Of a DNA stretch of 64,000 nucleotides, positions 39,598 to 49,231 are shown one piece after another. The notes beneath the pieces are model-generated. The model was given only the letters and a program-made list of their open reading frames with translations, did no database searches and had not been told where the DNA came from. The stretch is from Foetidibacter luteolus (GTDB lineage: Bacteria > Bacteroidota > Bacteroidia > Chitinophagales > Chitinophagaceae): the NCBI RefSeq assembly GCF_009650435.1, contig NZ_VVIP01000067.1:118016-182015 (forward strand). The letters run 5' to 3'. Numbering within the stretch: position 1 is the stretch's first letter; every line of letters begins with the position of its first letter. A program made the position numbers and the translations under genes.

Positions 39598-40365
39598 GTG
39601 GTACAGATTTTTAAACCCTTTGCTTCAATCAGCAGGAAAACAGTCGCCATGCTTATTGCCATTCAGGTGGCTATAACCTTACTGGTATGGCAAACAGCAT
39701 CCAACGGTTTAATACCTAAGCCCGGTAATGTAGCAGCCGCGTTTACGCGGCTGCTCGCTACCAAACAATTTTGGGATAACATGCTGGTAAGCCTTGGGCT
39801 TACCTTAAAAGCCATGTTATACTCTATCATCATCACCCTGGTATTTGCCTATTTATCAGTGTTGCCTTTTTTTAAAAGCATCGCACAGTTTATGGTCAAA
39901 TGCCGTTACCTTACATTAACCGGGCTCATCTTCATCTTTACCCTGTTAACCAGGAACGGCAGTGAGCTTAAACTATCGCTGCTGGTGTTTGGCATTGTGC
40001 CGTTTTTTGTCACATCTTTTTTATCAGTAATCACCAGCATCAACAAACAGGAGTATGACTTATGCAAAACGCTGGGCTATAACAACTGGCAAACTTTGTA
40101 TGAGGTAATCATCGTTGGCAAAGCAGACCAGGTATTTGAAATTCTCCGCCAAAACTTTGCCATATCCTGGCTGATGATAACCATGGTGGAGGGCCTGAGC
40201 ATGAGTGAAGGCGGCATAGGCACCCTGCTGATTAAATACAACAAGTACAATGATATTACGGTAGTGGTAGCGCTGCAAATGGTAATATTCCTTACCGGTC
40301 TTTGCTTCGACTGGCTGCTTGGTTCAATAAGAAAATGGCTATTCCCGTATACTAAGTATAAGTAG
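39598..40365 (+). CDS. ABC transporter permease, NitT/TauT (SsuC/TauC-like) family
   Basis: 255 aa with about six TM helices. Contains the EAA-loop-like region CKTLGYNNWQTLYEVIIVGKADQVFEILRQNFAISWLMITMVEG. Confidence 0.75.
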   Translation: MVQIFKPFASISRKTVAMLIAIQVAITLLVWQTASNGLIPKPGNVAAAFTRLLATKQFWDNMLVSLGLTLKAMLYSIIITLVFAYLSVLPFFKSIAQFMVKCRYLTLTGLIFIFTLLTRNGSELKLSLLVFGIVPFFVTSFLSVITSINKQEYDLCKTLGYNNWQTLYEVIIVGKADQVFEILRQNFAISWLMITMVEGLSMSEGGIGTLLIKYNKYNDITVVVALQMVIFLTGLCFDWLLGSIRKWLFPYTKYK

Positions 40366-40473
40366 CGGCACGGCCTAACCAACTTTACATAGGTTAAAAT
40401 TTTAGCCTGCTGCCCGTTTTGAATCCGTAAGAATAAAAGTCCGGCAATTGGTGTTGCATTAAACTTTAGAAAC

Positions 40474-41268
40474 ATGACAGTTTGCACAAAAACAACAACC
40501 TTGTTACAGGCAGAAAATATTGGCCTGCAATACGATGATAAAATCATCCTGAGGGATATCAATTTTTGCATCAGGGATATTCACAGGCCAGGCATGCAGC
40601 AGGGCCAGGTAGTATCGTTAATTGGCCGCAGCGGCATTGGTAAAACACAACTATTCAGAATTTTATCCGGATTGCAGCAACCCACAAACGGCAATGTATT
40701 TATTAATGGGCGGCAGCAGGTAAAAGCCGGAGATATGGGTGTCATCTTCCAAAACTATTACCTGTTTGAATGGAGGACTATTTACCAATCGCTAATGATG
40801 TCGGCCAAACAAAACCAGCTGCTAAAAGGCGAAGAAAAACAGTACATAGAAAAATACGCGGCTGACTTTCATTTGAAAGAGCACCTGCAGAAGTACCCGC
40901 AACAGTTATCTGGTGGGCAAAGGCAGCGGGTAAGCATTATACAACAGTTGCTGAAAGGTTCTAAATTCCTGCTGCTGGACGAGCCTTTTTCCGGCCTGGA
41001 CGTTTGCATGCTTGACAAAGTAAGCGACCTTTTGCTACAGGTTTCCACATCGGATGAGCAGAATACTTTAATCATTGTATCGCACGACATCAGCACCGCG
41101 GTGGCTATTTCCGACACTGTATTCATTCTCGGCAATGAAGAAGGCCAGCCAGGCGCCATCATTAAAAGAGAAATTGATTTAATTGAGCGTGACCTTGCCT
41201 GGCAACGCGATATCAAAAGCAACCCTGCCTTCATAAAAACTGTTGAAGAAATTAAATCATGCTTATAA
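40474..41268 (+). CDS. ABC transporter ATP-binding protein, NitT/TauT (SsuB/TauB-like) family
   Basis: Walker A GRSGIGKTQ; VIFQNYYLFEWRTIYQSL; signature LSGGQRQRVSI; Walker B FLLLDEPFSGLD; H-loop IIVSHD. It aligns well by eye to E. coli SsuB. Confidence 0.85.
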   Translation: MTVCTKTTTLLQAENIGLQYDDKIILRDINFCIRDIHRPGMQQGQVVSLIGRSGIGKTQLFRILSGLQQPTNGNVFINGRQQVKAGDMGVIFQNYYLFEWRTIYQSLMMSAKQNQLLKGEEKQYIEKYAADFHLKEHLQKYPQQLSGGQRQRVSIIQQLLKGSKFLLLDEPFSGLDVCMLDKVSDLLLQVSTSDEQNTLIIVSHDISTAVAISDTVFILGNEEGQPGAIIKREIDLIERDLAWQRDIKSNPAFIKTVEEIKSCL

Positions 41269-41385
41269 AACGCCCATACAGGGCAAATAAGAAAAGTTGT
41301 AAAGAAAGAAACAGCAATTTTGCGGCAATTGTTGTACGCTGGCTTTTTACCACCGGCTGTTGCATTTTGCTGCAGTAGCATTTTT

Positions 41386-41515
41386 AGGGGATGTCCCTCG
41401 TACCTCGGGCCGGGCTTTCCGCTCATACTCCGGCACAAAAGCCGACACACAAGGCCTTCACCGGGGTATCCGCTTCAATCCCTCACCCGAAAGTGTAACA
41501 CGCCGCTGCTTTCGC
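41386..41515 (+). repeat. F2 repeat copy 3
   Basis: AGGGGATGTCCCTCGTACCTCGGGCCGGGCTTTCCGCTCATACTCCGGCACAAAAGCC...ATCCCTCACCCGAAAGTGTAACACG. Confidence 0.75.
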
Positions 41516-41650
41516 AAACAGTTTTATAATGGTAAACCAGGCGATAAACAAAATGCTACAGGATTAACATGAAAACTGCCGCATATACCATAACCTATCT
41601 TAAACACTCAGGCTTTAAAAAAATTATTTAACTATTTTAAAAACGTTTCT

Positions 41651-43594
41651 ATGAATCTTTCAGCCCTCTTATCACATTATTGGTGGGTGCTCCTCATTCT
41701 CTTCGCACTCATCTTCTACAAATTTATTTTGCGTGTATTTTTTGGCATGGTCATAGTGCCGGAAAACAGAATTGGCCTGGTTACCAAAAAGTTTGTATTG
41801 GTAGGCGCCAACCGCGAACTGCCCGATGGCCGTATAATCGCTACCAAAGGAGAAGCCGGCTTCCAGGCTAAGACATTAGCGCCAGGCTTGTATTGGGGCA
41901 TGTGGCCCTGGCAATATGGAGTAGATATGCAATCATTTACTGTAATACCCGAAGGTAAGATTGGACTGGTTTTGAGCAATGATGGCGCAGAACTTCCAAC
42001 CGGTAACATTCTTGGCCGCAAAGTGCCAAGCGACAATTTCCAGGATACAGAGTCCTTCTTAAACAATGGCGGGCAAAAGGGCCGTCAAACACATTTACTT
42101 ACACCAGGTACCTACCGCATTAACACGTTCGCTTTTACAGTAACTATTGCAGACATGAGCGTGATTCATGAAAATATGCTTGGTATTGTAACCTCGCTGG
42201 ATGGTGCACCTATCACTGCGGGGCAAATTGCAGGTAAAGACGTGGCCGGCCATAACAACTTCCAGGATATTGATACCTTTTTGGTAAACGGAGGTAACCG
42301 TGGTTTGCAACCGCAAATAGTATTGGCAGGCAGTTATTACATTAACCCATGGGCTGTACAGGTAGAGGAAATACCTATGACAGACGTGCCTATTGGCAAT
42401 GTGGGCGTGGTAATTTCTTACATTGGAGAAGATGGCACAGATGTTACGGGAGACAGCTTTAAACATGGTAACATTGTAGCAAAAGGATATCGTGGCGTAT
42501 GGATGGAGCCACTTGGCCCCGGTAAATACCCTGTCAATAAATATACTACAAAAATTGAATTAGTGCCCACTACCAACCTGGTACTTAACTGGGCAAATGC
42601 CAGGAGTGAAGCGCATGCGCTGGATAAAAACCTGTCAACCATCACCGTGCGCAGTAAAGATGGCTTCCCTTTTAATCTTGACGTAGCGCAAATTATTCAT
42701 ATACCAGCCAATGAGGCGCCTAAAGTAATAGCACGCTTCGGCAGCATGAACAACCTTGTATCGCAGGTGCTGGAACCAACCATTGGCAACTACTTTAGAA
42801 ACAGTGCGCAGGATAGTGATGTAATTTCCTTTCTAAGCACCCGTAAAGAAAGGCAACAGGCAGCGAGGGAACACATACGTGAGGTATTGGACGAATACAA
42901 TGTGAATGCGGTAGATACGCTGATTGGAGATATTGTTCCACCGGAAGCTTTAATGAAAACATTAACAGACAGGAAGATCGCGGAAGAAGAGCAAAAGACT
43001 TACCAAACGCAGAAGATGGCGCAGGAGCAACGGCAGGGCATGGAAAAAGAAACAGCCATCGCCGATATGCAGAAAGAGATTGTAAAAGCCCAACAAAGCG
43101 TGGAGATTTCGCAACGTACCGCTGATGCCACCGTTAAAAAGGCAGAGGGTGACGCTACCAGCTTGAAACTACAGGTAAATGCAGAAGCAGAGGCTACAAA
43201 AATGCGTGCCAATGCAGAGGCAGAAGCTACACGTGCAAGGGCTGCGGCCCAGGCCGAAGCAACCCGTTTAAATGCCAGCGCCGATGCCGAGAAGATATCC
43301 AAAACAGGTGTTGCCGAAGCGGAAAAAATTATGGCGATTGGTAAGAGTACGGCAGAAGCGTATGAACTGCAGGTGAAAGCAATGGGCGGCGATAATTTTA
43401 CCAGGTTTAAGATTACTGAAGAAATAGGAAAAGGGCACATTAAAATAATTCCTGACCTTATTGTTAGCGGTAACAATGGCAGCGATGGCAGCTTAAGCGG
43501 GTTAATGGGGCTACAGCTACTGCAGATGCTGCAGGAGAAGAAAAAAGAGCCAGAGAATACCAGGCAGGAATTACAGCACCCTGAGCAGAATTAA
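41651..43594 (+). CDS. Flotillin/SPFH (band-7) domain protein, YqiK-like
   Basis: N-terminal TM, SPFH core, then a long Ala/Glu-rich coiled coil (AEAEATKMRANAEAEATRARAAAQAEATRL). Confidence 0.8.
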   Translation: MNLSALLSHYWWVLLILFALIFYKFILRVFFGMVIVPENRIGLVTKKFVLVGANRELPDGRIIATKGEAGFQAKTLAPGLYWGMWPWQYGVDMQSFTVIPEGKIGLVLSNDGAELPTGNILGRKVPSDNFQDTESFLNNGGQKGRQTHLLTPGTYRINTFAFTVTIADMSVIHENMLGIVTSLDGAPITAGQIAGKDVAGHNNFQDIDTFLVNGGNRGLQPQIVLAGSYYINPWAVQVEEIPMTDVPIGNVGVVISYIGEDGTDVTGDSFKHGNIVAKGYRGVWMEPLGPGKYPVNKYTTKIELVPTTNLVLNWANARSEAHALDKNLSTITVRSKDGFPFNLDVAQIIHIPANEAPKVIARFGSMNNLVSQVLEPTIGNYFRNSAQDSDVISFLSTRKERQQAAREHIREVLDEYNVNAVDTLIGDIVPPEALMKTLTDRKIAEEEQKTYQTQKMAQEQRQGMEKETAIADMQKEIVKAQQSVEISQRTADATVKKAEGDATSLKLQVNAEAEATKMRANAEAEATRARAAAQAEATRLNASADAEKISKTGVAEAEKIMAIGKSTAEAYELQVKAMGGDNFTRFKITEEIGKGHIKIIPDLIVSGNNGSDGSLSGLMGLQLLQMLQEKKKEPENTRQELQHPEQN

Positions 43595-43600
43595 ATACAA

Positions 43601-43636
43601 CAGCCGCTTCAATGAAAAGCGGCTGTTTGTTTTATA
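43601..43636 (+). terminator. Rho-independent terminator after the flotillin gene
   Basis: CAGCCGCTTCAATGAAAAGCGGCTG hairpin followed by TTTGTTTTAT. Confidence 0.6.
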
Positions 43637-43646
43637 ATAAGGATGG

Positions 43647-45605
43647 TTACATGCTCCTCCTGTATTGCCCCCCGGCTTCATACAGGGCATGGGTTATCTG
43701 CCCCAGGCTGCAATACTTCACGGTTTCCATCAGCTCCTCAAAAAGGTTGCCGTTGTTAACAGCGCAGCTAACAAGCGCCTGCAGCTTTGTTTTTGCTGTT
43801 GCTTCGTTGCGCTTATGAAAAGCCTGAAGGTTTTGTATCTGCTGCTCCTTCTCTTCTGTACTGCTGCGTATAACTTCTTTTGGCACCACGGTAGGGCTGC
43901 CCTTTTTGCTCAGGAAAGTATTTACGCCTACAAGCGGCAGCTCCCCGGAATTTTTCTGCATTTCATACAGCATGCTTTCTTCCTGTATTTTGTTGCGCTG
44001 GTACATCCGCTCCATAGCGCCCAGCACACCGCCACGCTCTGTAATGCGGTCAAATTCTGCCAGTACAGCTTCCTCCACAAGGTTTGTTAGCTCTTCAATT
44101 AAAAAAGAGCCCTGTATAAAGTTTTCCGTTTTGGCGCTGCCCAGTTCCCGGTTAATGATTAGCTGTATGGCAATGGCACGCCTTACGCTTTCCTCCGTAG
44201 GCGTGGTAATGGCTTCGTCATAAGCATTGGTATGCAGGGAGTTGCAGTTGTCATAAATAGCGTATAATGCCTGCAAAGTGGTGCGTATATCATTAAAATC
44301 AATCTCCTGCGCATGCAGGCTTCTGCCGGAGGTTTGTATATGGTACTTCAGTTTTTGAGACCGTTCATTACCCTTGTATTTGTACTTTATCGCCTTGGCC
44401 CAAATGCGCCTGGCCACACGGCCTATCACGCTGTATTCGGCATCCATGCCGTTGCTGAAAAAGAAAGAGAGGTTTGGTGCAAAATCATCAATATGCATTC
44501 CCCTGCTCAGGTAATATTCGACATAAGTAAAACCATTTGCCAATGTAAAAGCCAGTTGGGTAACAGGGTTAGCGCCGGCCTCGGCAATATGGTAACCACT
44601 GATGCTTACACTGTAAAAATTGCGCACCTGGCGCTGAATAAAGTATTCCTGTACATCGCCCATTAGCTTTAAAGCAAACTCAGTAGAAAAAATGCAGGTA
44701 TTCTGTGCCTGGTCTTCTTTTAAAATATCCGCCTGAACGGTACCACGCACCTGTGACAGCGCTTCAGCTTTCAACTGTTCATACACTTCTTTAGGCAACA
44801 CTTCATCGCCGCTTAAGCCCAGCAGCCTAAGCCCCAATCCGTTATTGCCTTCTGGTAAACGCTCCGGCGAGGCTGGATTGTAATACAAAGGTTGCGGCAG
44901 GTGGCCGAATTTTTTCTTAATAACCGTTTGCACTTCCTCCCATTTGCCATTGGCTTCAATCCATTTCTCACAAGCCTGGTCAATAGCCGCGTTCATAAAA
45001 AAAGCAAGTACCACCGGTGCAGGGCCGTTAATGGTCATACTTACAGAAGTTTTTGCACTGCACAAGTCAAAGCCGCTGTACAATTTCTTGGCATCATCCA
45101 CTGTAGCTATGCTAACACCGCTGTTACCTACTTTGCCGTAAATATCCGGACGGTGGTGGGGGTCTTCGCCATAAAGGGTAACAGAGTCAAAGGCAGTACT
45201 TAACCTTACAGCCGGCTGCCCGAGTGATACATAGTGAAAGCGCTTATTGGTACGTTCCGGGCTGCCTTCCCCCGCAAACATCCTGGTGGCATCTTCGCCC
45301 TCCCGTTTCAGGGGAAATACACCTGCTGTATATGGAAACTCCCCGGGTATGTTTTCCTGCAACTGCCAGTGCAGTATGTCGCCCCAGTCTTTATACGCAG
45401 GCAGTACTACACGGGGTATACGTGTACCGCTCAGGGTGGTTACAGCCAGTGGCTGCCGTATGGTTTTATCCCGCACCTGGTATTCAAATACGTCTTTACC
45501 GTATTGCTCCTGCAACTGCTTCCACTGTTGCCGTAACTTCCTGGTATCCGTATGCAGTTGCTCTTCCGTTTGTTGATACAGTTTCTGTAGATTATCTATG
45601 CTCAT
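43647..45605 (-). CDS. Methylmalonyl/isobutyryl-CoA mutase catalytic (substrate-binding TIM-barrel) part, the C-terminal portion of a split IcmF-like fused mutase
   Basis: [38 protein letters not shown] and later mutase motifs. 652 aa. The upstream partner ORF ends about 500 bp away. Confidence 0.75.
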   Translation of the reverse strand: MSIDNLQKLYQQTEEQLHTDTRKLRQQWKQLQEQYGKDVFEYQVRDKTIRQPLAVTTLSGTRIPRVVLPAYKDWGDILHWQLQENIPGEFPYTAGVFPLKREGEDATRMFAGEGSPERTNKRFHYVSLGQPAVRLSTAFDSVTLYGEDPHHRPDIYGKVGNSGVSIATVDDAKKLYSGFDLCSAKTSVSMTINGPAPVVLAFFMNAAIDQACEKWIEANGKWEEVQTVIKKKFGHLPQPLYYNPASPERLPEGNNGLGLRLLGLSGDEVLPKEVYEQLKAEALSQVRGTVQADILKEDQAQNTCIFSTEFALKLMGDVQEYFIQRQVRNFYSVSISGYHIAEAGANPVTQLAFTLANGFTYVEYYLSRGMHIDDFAPNLSFFFSNGMDAEYSVIGRVARRIWAKAIKYKYKGNERSQKLKYHIQTSGRSLHAQEIDFNDIRTTLQALYAIYDNCNSLHTNAYDEAITTPTEESVRRAIAIQLIINRELGSAKTENFIQGSFLIEELTNLVEEAVLAEFDRITERGGVLGAMERMYQRNKIQEESMLYEMQKNSGELPLVGVNTFLSKKGSPTVVPKEVIRSSTEEKEQQIQNLQAFHKRNEATAKTKLQALVSCAVNNGNLFEELMETVKYCSLGQITHALYEAGGQYRRSM

Positions 45606-45639
45606 CTGCTGTTTTATCTTTTGGTATCAAAGTGAGTTG

Positions 45640-46115
45640 ATTGTTTGTTCAATGTTTAATTGTTCAAAGTTTTATGTAGGATATGGTAGAATAAGCGCAA
45701 AATCTACTATGTCCCAGAGGGACATGTTGTAGGTAGAATAGCCATTTACGTTCTACTATGTTCCGGAGGAACATTTTGCGCCTGCCCATCCCCGCTAATA
45801 CAAACACAAAGCGTTCCGCCGGAACACATGCTGGGTAAGGTGTTTATTCTAGCTAATCCTGTATTCAATATACTGTTGGGGATTTGCCACTTATGTGCTT
45901 TTGAAAGAAACAACCTGTGTCACTTTCGGGTGAGGGATTGAAGCGGATACCCCGGTGAGGCCGTTGCAGCAAGGCTTCTGTGCCGGAGTATGAGCGGAAA
46001 GCCCGACCCGAGGTACGAGGGGCACCCCCAAATACAAAATACCAAGTTTAAAGCACGAAGTGCTTCGGTGCAATGAACACCCCAACATTAAACATTAAAC
46101 TTTGAACAAACATTA
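45640..46115. mobile_element. ~480 bp composite non-coding insertion separating the two icmF parts; MITE-like, bounded by imperfect terminal inverted repeats
   Basis: The left end GTTTGTTCAATGTTTAATTGTTCAAAGTT (45643-45672) is roughly the reverse complement of the right end AACTTTGAACAAACATTAAACAT (46093-46115). It contains two tandem stem-loops (CTACTATGTCCCAGAGGGACAT / CTACTATGTTCCGGAGGAACAT) and a reverse-oriented F2 copy. Confidence 0.5.
45915..46030 (-). repeat. F2 repeat copy 4 (reverse orientation, inside the icmF-splitting insertion)
   Basis: Reverse complement reads GGGGGTGCCCCTCGTACCTCGGGTCGGGCTTTCCGCTCATACTCCGGCACAGAAGCC...ATCCCTCACCCGAAAGTGACAC. Confidence 0.75.
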
Positions 46116-47510
46116 AACATCTTTCATCATATCCATGGCACCCCGCAGCCTGTACAATTTAGAAGCCAGTTCACTTTGTTCTTCAGCCCAGTTATTATAG
46201 CCCCGCACAGCATCCGCTATTTCAGAAAGATAACGCACCCTTTTAGGCGGTATAATTTCAGACTTGCTGTGTGTATCTTTCAAATGGCCGCTGATGCTGA
46301 TATCGCCAAAATGCAGGCCCGTTTTTTTCTCCACGGCAATCATCAGTTGCTCAAATAATTCATTAATGCCGCTGTCGTTAAACTGTGCGGCAATGGTTCC
46401 TATAACGGGCAGTTCTTCAGGTTTGGTTGTCCATAAACCATGGTTGCGCATGTACTGCCTGCGCACTGCATCCAGGGCATCCAAAGCGCCGGCCTTATCA
46501 AATTTGTTGATGCATATTACATCGGCATAGTCAAGCATATTTATTTTCTCCAGTTGCGATGCGGCGCCGTATTCCGGCGTCATTACATACAAGCCAACAT
46601 CGCAGTAATCCATCACGCTGGTATCGCTTTGGCCAACACCTGCGGTTTCCAGCAATATCAAGTCAAAACCTGCCGCTTTGCAAATGTCAAGTACAGGTTT
46701 TACGGACTTGCTCAAAGCCATGTTATCATCACGGGTAGCCAGGCTGCGCATATAAACCCTGGAGTGAGAAACAGCATTCATCCTAATCCTGTCGCCCAGC
46801 AAAGCGCCGCCGCTTTTCTTTTTGCTTGGGTCAACGGAAATAACGGCAACTGTTTTGTCTGCAAAACTGTTCAGAAAACGCCGTACAATTTCATCGGTAA
46901 CGCTGCTTTTACCAGCGCCGCCTGTACCTGTTATGCCAATTACAGCCACCTGGCCATTGTGCGGCGTCACATCCGTAGGCTGCCCGTTTTCCACAGCCGT
47001 AATCTGCGAAGCGATGAGGCGTACATCTTTTGCTTCTCCCCACGAAACAGGCTTTATAAACCGCCGCTTGTCGGGCGTAGCTACATCACATTGCTGCAGC
47101 ACTTCCGCTATCATGCCTTCCAGACCCATTATGCGGCCATCATCCGGACTGTAAATTTTTGCAATGCCATAGCTATGCAGCGCCCTTATTTCTTCGGGGA
47201 GTATGGTGCCGCCGCCGCCACCAAAAATCTTAATATGGCCACATTCATTTTCGTCCAGCAGGTCTTTCATGTATTTAAAAAATTCCATGTGGCCGCCCTG
47301 GTAGCTGGTTATAGCTATGCCCTGGACATCTTCTTCTATAGCGGCTTCCACAATTTCCCGTACGCTGCGGTTATGGCCCAGGTGTATCACTTCCGCGCCT
47401 TTGGCCTGCATAATGCGTCGCATAATGTTTATGGCGGCATCATGCCCGTCAAACAACGAGGCTGCTGTTACTATCCTTACCTTATGTTGCAACTTTTGTA
47501 TCATCAGCAT
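46113..47510 (-). CDS. B12-binding domain plus MeaB/ArgK-like GTPase chaperone domain, the N-terminal portion of a split IcmF-like fused mutase
   Basis: [24 protein letters not shown] (B12-binding DxHxxG region), then P-loop [12 protein letters not shown] and the MeaB-like G domain. The stop TAA lies exactly at the right inverted repeat of the insertion. Confidence 0.75.
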   Translation of the reverse strand: MLMIQKLQHKVRIVTAASLFDGHDAAINIMRRIMQAKGAEVIHLGHNRSVREIVEAAIEEDVQGIAITSYQGGHMEFFKYMKDLLDENECGHIKIFGGGGGTILPEEIRALHSYGIAKIYSPDDGRIMGLEGMIAEVLQQCDVATPDKRRFIKPVSWGEAKDVRLIASQITAVENGQPTDVTPHNGQVAVIGITGTGGAGKSSVTDEIVRRFLNSFADKTVAVISVDPSKKKSGGALLGDRIRMNAVSHSRVYMRSLATRDDNMALSKSVKPVLDICKAAGFDLILLETAGVGQSDTSVMDYCDVGLYVMTPEYGAASQLEKINMLDYADVICINKFDKAGALDALDAVRRQYMRNHGLWTTKPEELPVIGTIAAQFNDSGINELFEQLMIAVEKKTGLHFGDISISGHLKDTHSKSEIIPPKRVRYLSEIADAVRGYNNWAEEQSELASKLYRLRGAMDMMKDV

Positions 47511-47642
47511 TATCTCCTTTTACAAAAATAGCCAAATGGGTTAAAGAGTTAACAATTGTTAGTTTTAAGCCAGTATCTTTAATTTCGGGCCTACATAATC
47601 ATTGCTTATTTTCAGGGATTAATGCGTTAACAAAACCGCTAT

Positions 47643-48806
47643 ATGAAAAAACTGGTAACTGCGTTAGCCCTTTTGGCCGTACTTGCATCATGCAAAAGCA
47701 AGCCCTCTGAAACCCATACTTCCAAAGATAGTATTGCTGCTGTAAAAGACTGGGCCTTGCTGCCTTTTGAAAAAATTGATTCTGTAAACCCCGTGCTTAC
47801 CGCGGGCAGCAATAGCTTTACCTGCCCCATACTTAAAAAGCAGGTAGCATGGGAAAGCAAGGATGTATTTAACCCTGCCGTTGTGGTGCGCAACGATACT
47901 GTATTTATGCTGTACCGGGCCGAAGATACCATCGGCAAATATGCAGGCACATCCCGCATAGGGCTGGCATGGAGCACAGATGCCGTACACTTTACCAGGC
48001 TACCTGCCCCGGTATTTTACCCGGATAATGATGCCTGTAAAAAATATGAGTGGGAAGGCGGTTGCGAAGACCCCCGCATTGTGCAGGATAGCGCCGGAAC
48101 CTACTACATGACTTACACTGCCTACGATGGCAAAATTGCCAGGCTGCTGGTAGCATCTTCCAAAAACCTGCTGCAATGGCAAAAGCATGGGCCTGTGTTC
48201 GCCAAAACTATGAATGGCAAATACAAAGACCTCTGGGGTAAATCCGGCTCCATTGTATCTGAGTATAAAAATGGCAACATAACCGCCGTAAAAATCAATG
48301 GCAAGTATTGGATGTACTGGGGCGATACCTATATTTTCGCCGCCACTTCCGATGACCTTATTAACTGGCAACCGGTTGAACTGCCTGCAGGCCAATCTAT
48401 TGCAGACGATTCTATGGTTGTAGCGCTGAACCTGCAACAGTTGCAGCCCGTTATTAAAACACGTCGCGGTAAGTTTGACAGCAACATTGTGGAAAGCGGG
48501 CCGCCTGCCATGCTTACCGGCAAAGGCATATTGCTGTTGTACAATGCCCGCAACGTACCGGCCATTGGGGATACCTCGCTGGTTGAGGGCACTTATGCGC
48601 CATCGCAGGTGCTGCTCGACAAGGCAAATCCCACGGCCATCATTGACCGGATGGATACCTACTTTATGAAACCCGAAAAGCCTTACGAAACCACAGGCCA
48701 GGTTAACCAGGTGTGCTTTATAGAAGGCCTTGTTGAGTTTAAAAATGCCTGGTGGCTGTACTATGGCACAGCCGATTCTAAAATAGCGGTGGCCGTGCAT
48801 AAATAA
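47643..48806 (+). CDS. GH130-family (DUF377) glycosidase/beta-mannoside phosphorylase-like lipoprotein
   Basis: Lipoprotein signal LAVLASCKS; GH130-like motifs FNPAVVVRNDTVFMLYRAED, IGLAWSTD, GCEDPRIV, YYMTYTAYDG. Confidence 0.7.
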   Translation: MKKLVTALALLAVLASCKSKPSETHTSKDSIAAVKDWALLPFEKIDSVNPVLTAGSNSFTCPILKKQVAWESKDVFNPAVVVRNDTVFMLYRAEDTIGKYAGTSRIGLAWSTDAVHFTRLPAPVFYPDNDACKKYEWEGGCEDPRIVQDSAGTYYMTYTAYDGKIARLLVASSKNLLQWQKHGPVFAKTMNGKYKDLWGKSGSIVSEYKNGNITAVKINGKYWMYWGDTYIFAATSDDLINWQPVELPAGQSIADDSMVVALNLQQLQPVIKTRRGKFDSNIVESGPPAMLTGKGILLLYNARNVPAIGDTSLVEGTYAPSQVLLDKANPTAIIDRMDTYFMKPEKPYETTGQVNQVCFIEGLVEFKNAWWLYYGTADSKIAVAVHK

Positions 48807-48829
48807 TGCGGCAGTAAACTGCTGGCGCA

Positions 48830-48905
48830 GTTTGTGAAAAATTTTTATGGGCCCGGCAGGAGGAGCTGCTATGAGGCATCGTTGCGTCGCACTCTTGTAC
48901 GTTCT
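48830..48905 (-). repeat. F1 repeat copy (reverse orientation)
   Basis: TTTATGGGCCCGGCAGGAGGAGCTGCTATGAGGCATCGTTGCGTCGCACTCTTGTAC. Confidence 0.7.
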
Positions 48906-49231
48906 GAAGATTATTCACCTTTTTTCCTTCTCCTTCAGGAGAAGGCGCCCAAAGGGCGGATGAGGCGCTATGCGGCTTTTCCCGCAGGATAGATTCTACC
49001 GCCGCCTCCGGCGGCAGGGAGCATAATGCCACCGAGGCACAGAAAGAGAATGTGACGGTTGAATATAAATTCTTCTGGATTTTATCATTTAAAAACATTA
49101 TCAACCTTTACCCTATCAACACACTGGCAACCTGTAACCGGTAACTGGTTTCCTGCTTTACATACTTTTCAGCACATCTGTTTATAAAATTTCCCTAACC
49201 AATTACCTGCTTATTGGCACAGTAAGTATGT

